Shown piece by piece: positions 45,273-53,421 of a stretch of DNA of 58,555 bases. The position numbers and the translations under genes are program-made. The DNA comes from an uncultured Ignavibacteria bacterium (GTDB taxonomy: Bacteria > Zixibacteria > MSB-5A5 > UBA10806), in assembly GCA_964556975.1 (NCBI GenBank), contig CAZKYQ010000002.1, positions 1 to 58,555 of the forward strand, read 5' to 3'. Position 1 is the stretch's first letter; every line of letters starts with the position of its first letter. Below the pieces are notes generated by a model. It saw only the letters and a program-made list of their open reading frames with translations, was not told the DNA's origin and did not search any database.

Positions 45273-46012
45273 AAAAGAGAATAAGCACAAAATATGACAA
45301 TCTTTCCCTCTGGGATAAGCTAACTGTGTTTCTTGTTAAAGAGGGGGCCCGCTCCGAATTCATCAGCCGCATAGAAAACATAAAACGAAATTCCTATAGT
45401 CTTGAAATGCCGGTGCGAAAAAGCGGAAAGTCTAATTTACAAAAAGGAGATGTTGTGGAAATTCGGTATAATAAGCATGATGCCGCATATACGTTTAAAG
45501 CAAGTATAAAAGACTTGTTTGTAGACAGTTCAGGCTCGATTGAGATTAACCGAGAAGGCGCTACAAAAAGAGACCAAAAAAGAAAATATGTTCGGCTTGA
45601 TATTTCAGAAGATATTAATTTTAGAATCATCGAATCTCCTGAAGATAAGTATGCTGGAATGAGCCCGGAATTTCATGGGGCGCTGTTAAATATTTCCGCA
45701 GGGGGTTTTCTTTACGAAACAGATAAGGAATTGCAAACAGACTCCCTTTTGATAATTAATTTCAGTCTTAAAGGACATCATAAGCTTGAAAATATCCTGG
45801 CTGTTGTTAAACGAGTTGAGTGTGCTGAACAGGGGAAATTTCTTATAGGGGCAGAATTTGTTACAAAAGAAAACCGGTCCGATTATGGGCTGGAAAAACT
45901 TAGCGACTATCTGCCTCATGGCTCAGGTACATTTGATGAAAACCTCCAAAGGCTTATCGTGCAGTACATTTATCAGCAGCAAGTAAGAATTCGAAAAGAG
46001 GGCCGTTTGTAA
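45269..46012 (+). CDS. PilZ-domain c-di-GMP receptor, YcgR-like (putative flagellar brake)
   Basis: 247 aa. RxxxR motif (RKYVR) and (D/N)xSxxG motif (NISAGG), with an N-terminal YcgR-N-like beta region. 4-nt overlap with the upstream gene. Confidence 0.75.
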   Translation: MKKRISTKYDNLSLWDKLTVFLVKEGARSEFISRIENIKRNSYSLEMPVRKSGKSNLQKGDVVEIRYNKHDAAYTFKASIKDLFVDSSGSIEINREGATKRDQKRKYVRLDISEDINFRIIESPEDKYAGMSPEFHGALLNISAGGFLYETDKELQTDSLLIINFSLKGHHKLENILAVVKRVECAEQGKFLIGAEFVTKENRSDYGLEKLSDYLPHGSGTFDENLQRLIVQYIYQQQVRIRKEGRL

Positions 46013-46567
46013 ATGCGCGCAATATTATTGTCAATTTTGAAAACTTTGATTTCCGCGCTGTTGTTAATCAATTTCGCCTCAGCATCTCGAATACCTTCCA
46101 CCAATCTTGCAATTATGATACAAACCGAAAATGCGGCCTTCCCAGAGCAAAATATATTGCTTATTTCCGCCCTTAAAAAAGAGATGAAACTAAAGGGGTT
46201 CATGGGGCGAACCAGAATACTTGATCAAGAGAAGCCGTTGCCGGTCGCAGGCGAAACTGTTATAAAAATCACAATCACGGAAAATTGCTGGAAGACAAAA
46301 AAACTTTTATCAATACCTTATTTTCTTAACCGATATGCCCGCGAATTTACATTGGAAACGTTTGTTGAGATCCCGGAAGGCCGCAAAGGAATGTCAATAA
46401 AGAGAATGAAAGCAATAAGTTCAACGCCTGCCAGCGCACAGTATAATTACAACGATAAATTTGATCCGGGCCTGTTTCCAATTCAGGCGGAGCGGCTTGA
46501 AATGGAGGAAAAAGCAAGACGTTTACTGGCAAAGAAACTAGCGGGACATCTATTTAACCAGCTATGA
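46013..46567 (+). CDS. hypothetical secreted protein
   Basis: 184 aa. Signal-peptide-like N-terminus (LLSILKTLISALLLINFASAS). Starts directly after the PilZ gene stop. No family recognised. Confidence 0.5.
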   Translation: MRAILLSILKTLISALLLINFASASRIPSTNLAIMIQTENAAFPEQNILLISALKKEMKLKGFMGRTRILDQEKPLPVAGETVIKITITENCWKTKKLLSIPYFLNRYAREFTLETFVEIPEGRKGMSIKRMKAISSTPASAQYNYNDKFDPGLFPIQAERLEMEEKARRLLAKKLAGHLFNQL

Positions 46568-46693
46568 TAAAAAATAATGAGAGCAATTTCAGAAAGCGAA
46601 AGAATTAGCGCGTCGAAGAATCGTGCTTAAGTTTAAATTGGCCTAACGCCGTTATTTATGTCTGATTGCAGGCAAGGTTCTGGCGTTAAGTGA

Positions 46694-47551
46694 ATGAAAA
46701 TGGAGGGAACAGTGCCTCGTAGATTAGACAAGAGTGATATTAACAGCCTTAGCAATGAATTAAAGACGCTTTATGAAATTTCAAAAGTCGTTCAGGAAGC
46801 TGCGGTCTCCAGGGACTCATTTGAGAGCATTTTAAAATCAGTTGAAGAAATAATAGATTTTCGCTCTGCGTCCCTGTTTATGTTCTCGAAGAAAACTAAA
46901 TCATTAGATGAAATTTGCAGCATTGGACGAAAAGTGGACCTTATAAATTTTGTGGAATTTGATATGGGGTCGGGTATTTCGGCATGGGTGGCCCAGAAAA
47001 AGAGGCCGATACTCCTCAACAATCTAAGAAAATCCAAAGGCGGGAACCATACCAAATCATTTCTTTCTGTTCCGATTGTTTTTAATAATGAAATTATCGG
47101 GGTGATTAATCTCGCCCACGATGAACCGGGATCGTTTACAAAAGAGGACGTGAATATACTGGGAATTATCTCTACGATTTTTGCGCTCTTGTTTGAAAGA
47201 GTCAGTTATCAGGAATTAGAAAACGAAACCCGGCTCGCGATAGATGAATTAAACCAACAAATAAGATCGACCAGAAATGAAATTACCAAGATTGAAAATG
47301 TTCAAACGGGTGGAACAGCCTCCGAATCGCTGTGTAAGCAAATAGGGAATCCGTTGGCCATAATTGCCGGCAACGCTCAATTTCTTATAATGATGATGAA
47401 AAATTCAAACAATTCAATTATCAGAAGATTGAAAGCGATAGATAAGGAAGCCGCAAACATTATGCTAATTACAAATCAATATTTATCATCCGGCCCTTAT
47501 GGTGAAAGTAAATTTACTGTTAGCCATAATGATAGCTTCAAGGGCAATTAG
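46694..47551 (+). CDS. GAF-domain protein with His-less DHp-like helix and no catalytic domain (pseudo-histidine kinase)
   Basis: 285 aa. GAF pattern (FLSVPIVFNNEIIGVINLAHDEPGSFTKED). The H-box position reads CKQIGNPL rather than xHEIRNPL. The protein ends about 65 aa later. Confidence 0.7.
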   Translation: MKMEGTVPRRLDKSDINSLSNELKTLYEISKVVQEAAVSRDSFESILKSVEEIIDFRSASLFMFSKKTKSLDEICSIGRKVDLINFVEFDMGSGISAWVAQKKRPILLNNLRKSKGGNHTKSFLSVPIVFNNEIIGVINLAHDEPGSFTKEDVNILGIISTIFALLFERVSYQELENETRLAIDELNQQIRSTRNEITKIENVQTGGTASESLCKQIGNPLAIIAGNAQFLIMMMKNSNNSIIRRLKAIDKEAANIMLITNQYLSSGPYGESKFTVSHNDSFKGN

Positions 47552-47574
47552 TCCGCGAAAGCGTTGACGACAGA

Positions 47575-49299
47575 ATGACCGCTGCTACTGAAAAGAAAAC
47601 GCAGGACCTCGAATTTGAAAGGCCCGCGGTTTATTTCACTCTCGATAGAAATCACTCTATCAGCAATCTGATATGGCAAGGGCCGATAAATTGCGGGGTC
47701 GATGATTATAGCCGCAGGCCTGATTTCGGCAATATTTTTAGTATTAATGATCCAAAAGTTAAGAATGCCGTTGGAAACGCGTTTGACGGCAAGCCATCGC
47801 AAGCCCGTTTTCAGCGCGCAAACGGCAAAAGAGATTATTACTACGATCTTTATTGCTTTCCCAATTTCGGGCATGACGGCTCAAATGTTGATTGTTTCCT
47901 TGTTGACAGGAGCAAGGATGAGGAGATGTCGAGAGTTCTTCGCCTGAAGATTGATGGGCTTGATATAATCAATCAGGCCGTCAGGGCGTTTGCCGAAACA
48001 AATAATCTCTCCGAAATCCTGGAGATAATATTGCTTGCGGTTACATCGGGATCAGGACTCGGATTTAACAGAGGGTTTATTCTATTAGCCGATGAGACAA
48101 ATTCTTTCCTTCATGGTTGCCTTGCGAAAGGGCCGTCATCCCCTGAAGAGGCAGGGATTATTTGGCAAAGTCTTTCTGAAAAGCCGCTTTCGCTTGCCGA
48201 AGTTTTAAGGCTTTATAAAAATGAAGAGAATCAAACCGATAGCTACGTAAACAAGCTTGTTGAATCCCTGAAAATCACCCTTAAAGATGAAACAACATTT
48301 ATAACAAGGTCTTTCGAGGAAAGACAAGCGATTGTTATCGGCTCCGATACTGTTCTTAATGATATAGAAAAAGATTTCATAGGCAAATTCGGAGCAAAGA
48401 ACTTTGCTGTGGCGCCTCTTATCTCTCGCGAATCCCGACTCGGTGTGATCATGGCGGACAATTATATTACTGATAAGCCTATCACTTCGGCAGATCTTAA
48501 GCTCTTGGAGATTTTTGCCAGATATGCCTCTGATGCCATCGAGAACACTCACTTGCATGGAAGTTTACAGCGAAAAATTACGAAATTAAAAGAAGCCAAT
48601 GAAAAAATCATAAGAACCAGAGAAACCCTTGTTAAAGCGGAAAAATTATCCAGCGTCTCCAAAATGTCGCTTGAAGTCGCGCACGAAATACGCAATCCGC
48701 TAACTATAATCGGCGGCCACGCAAATGCCCGATTAAGAAATATCGATGTTAACGATCAATCTTGCAAAGTCCTGAAAATAATCTCAAAGCAGGCAAGCCG
48801 CATTGAACAAACGCTTGATCGTTTTACCAGTGTCATTTCACTTAGTGAAAAAACGGAAAACGCTTACGATTTTTGTGATCTCATTCTTGAGACATTAAGA
48901 ACGCTTTCTTCGGTTGAATCTCAAGAAATACCCATGATCACGATTGACGCGAACATTGAAAACGGCAAAATATTTATTGACCAGGGCCTGTTCTACAAAG
49001 CTATGATGGTTATTTTCAAAACGGCTTCAAAAATTGCGGGGGGGCTATCAAAAGTCCGAATAGAAATAATGAAACATCGTGAATCCGCCATGGTTCTAAT
49101 AAACAGCTGCGATAAAAGCGAAAATTTCTCAGAGGAATTTTTCTATTTTATGCGCGCTGGCCGCGGAGAATCAGAATCTCAGGAAATGACAGTCGCCTTG
49201 GAAATACTTAGACATTATAAAGGCGATTTAGGTATCGGCTCGCCTGAAAAAATGCAGGGCGGCCTATCAATAGAATTTCCGTTAAGCAGGGAGGAATAA
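47575..49299 (+). CDS. GAF-domain histidine-kinase-like protein with intact H-box but degenerate ATP-binding domain
   Basis: 574 aa. GAF (GVIMADNYITDKPITSADLKLLEIFARYASDAIEN). H-box VAHEIRNPL. The CA-like region has no recognisable N, G1 or G2 boxes (VIFKTASKI; NSCDKSENF; EMTVALEIL). Confidence 0.75.
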   Translation: MTAATEKKTQDLEFERPAVYFTLDRNHSISNLIWQGPINCGVDDYSRRPDFGNIFSINDPKVKNAVGNAFDGKPSQARFQRANGKRDYYYDLYCFPNFGHDGSNVDCFLVDRSKDEEMSRVLRLKIDGLDIINQAVRAFAETNNLSEILEIILLAVTSGSGLGFNRGFILLADETNSFLHGCLAKGPSSPEEAGIIWQSLSEKPLSLAEVLRLYKNEENQTDSYVNKLVESLKITLKDETTFITRSFEERQAIVIGSDTVLNDIEKDFIGKFGAKNFAVAPLISRESRLGVIMADNYITDKPITSADLKLLEIFARYASDAIENTHLHGSLQRKITKLKEANEKIIRTRETLVKAEKLSSVSKMSLEVAHEIRNPLTIIGGHANARLRNIDVNDQSCKVLKIISKQASRIEQTLDRFTSVISLSEKTENAYDFCDLILETLRTLSSVESQEIPMITIDANIENGKIFIDQGLFYKAMMVIFKTASKIAGGLSKVRIEIMKHRESAMVLINSCDKSENFSEEFFYFMRAGRGESESQEMTVALEILRHYKGDLGIGSPEKMQGGLSIEFPLSREE

Positions 49300-49655
49300 T
49301 GAAGAACATTTTAATCGTTGATGATGAAGAAGACATTCGCAGCCTTTATGAAAGCGAATTCGAAGTAGAGGGATATCAAACATCCTCTGTTGAATCAGGC
49401 AGTGAGGCCATAAAATTCATTGATGAAAACTCAGACCTGGACCTGATTATTCTTGATATCAAAATGGAAGATGTGGACGGTCTTGAAGTGCTCGAAAATA
49501 TCAGGGCGAAAACGGGGAAGATGCCGGTGATTTTGAATTCTGCCTACAATACTTACAAGAATAATTTCACTTCATGGCTTGCGGACGCTTATCTTGTAAA
49601 ATCATCCGATCTCTCCGAGCTAAAAAACAAAGTCAGGGAGCTATTGTCGGTTTGA
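49299..49655 (+). CDS. stand-alone response regulator receiver (CheY-like)
   Basis: 118 aa. ILIVDDEED, IILDIKMEDVDG, LNSAY, YLVKS. 1-nt overlap with the upstream gene. Confidence 0.88.
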   Translation: MKNILIVDDEEDIRSLYESEFEVEGYQTSSVESGSEAIKFIDENSDLDLIILDIKMEDVDGLEVLENIRAKTGKMPVILNSAYNTYKNNFTSWLADAYLVKSSDLSELKNKVRELLSV

Positions 49656-50020
49656 GGGCTGATAAGAATGTAAACAACGAGGGCCTGCTGAATTATATTG
49701 AAACGGTATCCAGCGAAATTCAGCTTCTTGCTCTTAATATTGCTGTTGCCGCGGCAAAATTGGCTCACAATCAAAAAATCGGGGTAGAAGTAAACCAAAA
49801 CCTTTCAAATCTTGTCAATCAAGCAACGCAAGCCGTAAAGCAGATGAACCTGGTAATAGATGCCGCCAAAACGGATAAAAAACCGACTAATTTCTTCGCT
49901 GATATCAAGGCCGAACCGGTGGATCAAGAGCTAATTGAAGATATTGAAATCGCTATGGGCCTTATTGTAAAAAATTCTGAGAAAATTGTGCGCCTATTAG
50001 CTGAAGTAAAAACAAAGTAA
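49652..50020 (+). CDS. small protein resembling only the hairpin-tip signalling region of methyl-accepting chemotaxis proteins
   Basis: EIQLLALNIAVAAAKL resembles the MCP tip [16 protein letters not shown]. TTG at 49652 overlaps the upstream stop, with an AGGGAG RBS. The ORF is open from 49574 inside the REC gene. Confidence 0.55.
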   Translation: MRADKNVNNEGLLNYIETVSSEIQLLALNIAVAAAKLAHNQKIGVEVNQNLSNLVNQATQAVKQMNLVIDAAKTDKKPTNFFADIKAEPVDQELIEDIEIAMGLIVKNSEKIVRLLAEVKTK

Positions 50021-50027
50021 TAATTGC

Positions 50028-50402
50028 ATGGCTTCCAACTCAGTATTATTAATTGAAGATTCTCCTGAAGTTAGAGATGTTGTTTCCGAGATTTTAGCCT
50101 GTTATGGCTATGATGTTACTTTAGCTGACAACGGTTATGAGGCATGGGAAAAAGTGAATGTCAGACCTTTTGACCTCGTAATAGCAGATTTGGGTCTTCC
50201 TGATATGGATGGAGAAGAGTTTTTTAGGAAAATGAGGCGGAATTCAATAAAAACCCCCGTTCTTTTGACAACTGGTGTTGATATGAAAAAAAGCCGCATA
50301 AAATGGGATGATTTCTCAAATTACAGATTACTCCTGAAGCCATTTAATATTAGCGAGATTGAAACGGCAATTTCTGAGCTTTTAGAAAAAAAAATCGCAT
50401 AA
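50028..50402 (+). CDS. stand-alone response regulator receiver (CheY-like)
   Basis: 124 aa. VLLIEDSPE, LVIADLGLPDMDG, LLTTG, LLKPF. Confidence 0.88.
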   Translation: MASNSVLLIEDSPEVRDVVSEILACYGYDVTLADNGYEAWEKVNVRPFDLVIADLGLPDMDGEEFFRKMRRNSIKTPVLLTTGVDMKKSRIKWDDFSNYRLLLKPFNISEIETAISELLEKKIA

Positions 50403-50498
50403 AAAGTAATATCCGAATTTTTTATTTCGATAATATCTGTATGCACTATGGCTCTCATAGTCATAATTTGAACTTATGAAAATAAAAAGGAGATAATC

Positions 50499-50927
50499 AT
50501 GAAAGAATATGTAAAAATTCTTATAGTTGATGATGAACCGATGATGCGAAATCTATTGCTGAAAATATTGGAGTCAGAGGGTTATAAAATTACTTTAGCG
50601 GCTTCCGCTCTTGAAGCCTTGGACAGGCTCGATGAAGACAAGTTCGATTTGATGTTGTCTGACGTTAAAATGCCGGGAATGAACGGTTTTGAGTTGCTGG
50701 AAGAAGTTAAAAAGAAATGGAACGATATGGCCGTCATAGTCATGACAGGCTATGGGGATGCTTTCACCATAAAAGAAGCCCTCCTTAAAGGGGCATATGA
50801 ATATTTGTCCAAGCCGTTCAAGAGCCATGAAGTTTCGCTGATAGTAGAAAGAGCTTACTGGAGATTGCTTTCTGTACGAAATTCTGTAGAGGGTATCAAG
50901 GAAACTATTGCGGCAACACAAAACTAA
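50499..50927 (+). CDS. stand-alone response regulator receiver (CheY-like)
   Basis: 142 aa. ILIVDDEP, LMLSDVKMPGMNG, VIVMTGYG, YLSKPF. AAGGAG RBS. Confidence 0.9.
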   Translation: MKEYVKILIVDDEPMMRNLLLKILESEGYKITLAASALEALDRLDEDKFDLMLSDVKMPGMNGFELLEEVKKKWNDMAVIVMTGYGDAFTIKEALLKGAYEYLSKPFKSHEVSLIVERAYWRLLSVRNSVEGIKETIAATQN

Positions 50928-51157
50928 GCTCTGAAATTCATGGCTTTCTGTAATTGGCCCGGTTATCGCCGAGTTCTCTTCAAAGAAAATATTTCAAGGT
51001 AAATAAGAAAGAATTTCCTCTGTAAATTCTATTACATCAAAAATATATTATATCTGCTTGTAGGCATACAATACGGCCCCGCCACAACTCATTGTCTGGC
51101 AATAGATTGCGGATGGCACCCTTGTGGCATTGGAGATTCTTTACCAATTTTATGAAT

Positions 51158-51173
51158 AGGCATGCCAATTGCT
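51158..51173 (+). promoter_or_regulatory. sigma54-type promoter aGGCAT-N5-TTGCT upstream of flgF
   Basis: GG at 51159-51160 and GC at 51171-51172, 10 nt between. It lies 39 nt upstream of ATG 51212, with a GGAGG RBS. A second box, TGGCAC-N5-TGGC, lies at 51114-51128. Confidence 0.65.
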
Positions 51174-51211
51174 TTATAAATGGCGGGTTCTAATTTTGAA
51201 TTGGAGGAATA

Positions 51212-51943
51212 ATGATTAAAGGAATTTACACTTCGGCCTCCGGGATGCTTCCGCGGATACTTAAACAGGAGACCTTCGCCAATAATATGGCAAATGTAAA
51301 TACTCCCGGATATAAAAAAGATGGAGTATTCCTGCAGGTCTTAAGCGAAGCCGCTCAAAAAGAAATCATAACAGATCATCCATGGGAAGTTCCTATGGTT
51401 GATGATATATATGTAGATTTTTCGCAAGGGGACCTCGAAAAAACCGGAAGCGACACAAACATCGCTATCGACGGGGACGGCTTTTTTGCCATTCAAACAA
51501 GCTCGGGGCTAATGTATAGCAGGTCGGGCGATTTTTCCCTTTCACCCCAGGGCCAATTGATAGATCGAAATGGCAATTCAGTTATGACCGATTCGGGGCC
51601 GCTAACAATACTCGCCGATTCATTTATGGTAGGCGACGACGGAACGGTTACAGTTGACGGGTTTGCGGTTGGCCGCATTAAAGTGGTTGATTTTGAGAAA
51701 CCCTATGAACTCAATAAGGCCGGCAACTCGTACCTTGTCCCGAAAGACGCGACCGTGGTAGAAAAACCGGCAAATGATTTTCAGGTTCGGCAGGGATATC
51801 TGGAAAAATCCAATGTCAATGTTATTGAAGTTATGGTTGATATGCTTTCATCTTTCAGAGCGTATGAAGCGGGGCAGAAAGCGATACAATCGCAGGACGA
51901 GACCCTTGATAAAGCAATTAGCGATCTCGGAAGAACAGCTTAA
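51212..51943 (+). CDS. flgF: flagellar rod protein FlgF (FlgF/FlgG family)
   Basis: 243 aa. IYTSASGMLPRILKQETFANNMANVNTPGYKK. C-terminus EVMVDMLSSFRAYEAGQKAI. Confidence 0.85.
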   Translation: MIKGIYTSASGMLPRILKQETFANNMANVNTPGYKKDGVFLQVLSEAAQKEIITDHPWEVPMVDDIYVDFSQGDLEKTGSDTNIAIDGDGFFAIQTSSGLMYSRSGDFSLSPQGQLIDRNGNSVMTDSGPLTILADSFMVGDDGTVTVDGFAVGRIKVVDFEKPYELNKAGNSYLVPKDATVVEKPANDFQVRQGYLEKSNVNVIEVMVDMLSSFRAYEAGQKAIQSQDETLDKAISDLGRTA

Positions 51944-51956
51944 CGGGGAGGAATAG

Positions 51957-52745
51957 ATGATTAAGGCGATGCGGACAGCGGCCTCTGGAATGGTCGCGCA
52001 ACAGCTTAATGTTGATACAATCGCAAACAATCTCGCAAACGTAAATAGCACTGGTTATAAAAAATCAAAGGTTGAATTTCAAGACGTTTTATACCAGAGA
52101 TTGCGCGGATCAGGCGCCGAATCGGCGGCGGGAACCAGTACGCCGGTTGGCCTCGATGTCGGATATGGCGTTAGGCCTGCAGCGACACAAAGAACTTTTA
52201 CGCAAGGAACTTTGCAGGCATCGGGTAATTCTCTCGATCTTGCTATTGATGGGGACGGATTCTTTCAGGTTCAGTTACCTACCGGCGAAATCGCTTATAC
52301 TCGCGACGGCGCCCTTAAGCTGTCTGCGGACGGCCAGCTTGTCACTTCCGATGGATTATTTGTACAGCCGGGAATTACAATTCCGGCAGACGCGAATTTG
52401 ATAATGGTTAGCGATGACGGGCTTTTTGCGGTAAGGGTGCCCGGCGACCCGGAAGCGCAGGAAGTTGGACAGTTAGAGCTTGCCAAATTTGTCAATTCAT
52501 CCGGTCTTGAAGCCATTGGGCATAATATGTTTGTCGAAACACCCGCGTCCGGAGGCCCGCTTTTGGGTAACCCGACCCTGGAAGGCTTTGGCAGGATAAA
52601 TCAAGGGTATCTCGAAATGTCAAACGTAGAGATAGTTGATGAAATGGTAAATATGATTATCGCCCAGAGGGCTTATGAAATCAACTCCAAGGCAATTCAG
52701 ACATCAGAACAAATGACGGAAATAGCCAATAATCTAAAGAGATAA
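51957..52745 (+). CDS. flgG: flagellar distal rod protein FlgG
   Basis: 262 aa. MRTAASGMVAQQLNVDTIANNLANVNSTGYKK. C-terminus EMVNMIIAQRAYEINSKAIQTSEQM. Confidence 0.94.
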   Translation: MIKAMRTAASGMVAQQLNVDTIANNLANVNSTGYKKSKVEFQDVLYQRLRGSGAESAAGTSTPVGLDVGYGVRPAATQRTFTQGTLQASGNSLDLAIDGDGFFQVQLPTGEIAYTRDGALKLSADGQLVTSDGLFVQPGITIPADANLIMVSDDGLFAVRVPGDPEAQEVGQLELAKFVNSSGLEAIGHNMFVETPASGGPLLGNPTLEGFGRINQGYLEMSNVEIVDEMVNMIIAQRAYEINSKAIQTSEQMTEIANNLKR

Positions 52746-52746
52746 G

Positions 52747-53421
52747 ATGAAGATATTCCTCATTCCGATCGTCTTATTTTCAATCACAACGGCTGATGTC
52801 GAACAAGCGGTTTTAAACCACTTAAACGCGCATTATCCGGTCTTTGACGCCGAATATGTCTGCGATTTTTCCCGGATTGATTTATCGAAAATCCCGGAAT
52901 ATGACAGCGTATCTGTTGACGGGTACGGCAAGGAAAATCCTAAAGGACAGGTTGTTGTTTATTTCTCCTATTTCAAAAACGGAAGCAACGTCTATAAAAC
53001 AAATGGTACGGTCAGAGTAGGCGTATTAAAAAAGGTCCTGACCTCGACTGTCCCGGTTAAATCCGGCATGCCTTTTTCATCTGATAACATAAAATATGAA
53101 ACCAGGGATATCGCCAGGGTATATGAAGAACCGTTCAGTTCCGAAGAAGAGCTTTTGGGAATGGTCGCTTCAAAATATATACCGTCAGGGAGAATTATTA
53201 CGAAATCTCTGGCGAAAATAACACCGGTCGTTTCCAAAGGCGAAATGCTTCGGGTCCTGTATAGAAAAGGGGCGTTAAATTTGGAGGCCAGCGGCGTGGC
53301 CAAACAAAAGGGCGCGAAAGGCGACAAAATAAAAGTCATGAACGTTGATACGAGGAAAATAATTTATGCCACTATTGTTGATTCAACGACAGTGGTAATA
53401 TCCAACGAGGAGGGGATATGA
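52747..53421 (+). CDS. flgA: flagellar P-ring assembly chaperone FlgA
   Basis: 224 aa. Signal peptide. SAF/FlgA C-terminal pattern (VSKGEMLRVLYRKGALNLEASGVAKQKGAKGDKIKVMN). Confidence 0.85.
   Translation: MKIFLIPIVLFSITTADVEQAVLNHLNAHYPVFDAEYVCDFSRIDLSKIPEYDSVSVDGYGKENPKGQVVVYFSYFKNGSNVYKTNGTVRVGVLKKVLTSTVPVKSGMPFSSDNIKYETRDIARVYEEPFSSEEELLGMVASKYIPSGRIITKSLAKITPVVSKGEMLRVLYRKGALNLEASGVAKQKGAKGDKIKVMNVDTRKIIYATIVDSTTVVISNEEGI

Noticed and set aside
49574-49651. ATG 49574 as the start of the MCP-tip-like ORF.
   Set aside because: It would overlap the receiver gene by 82 nt. TTG 49652, with an AGGGAG RBS and a stop/start overlap, fits the operon's coupling pattern better.
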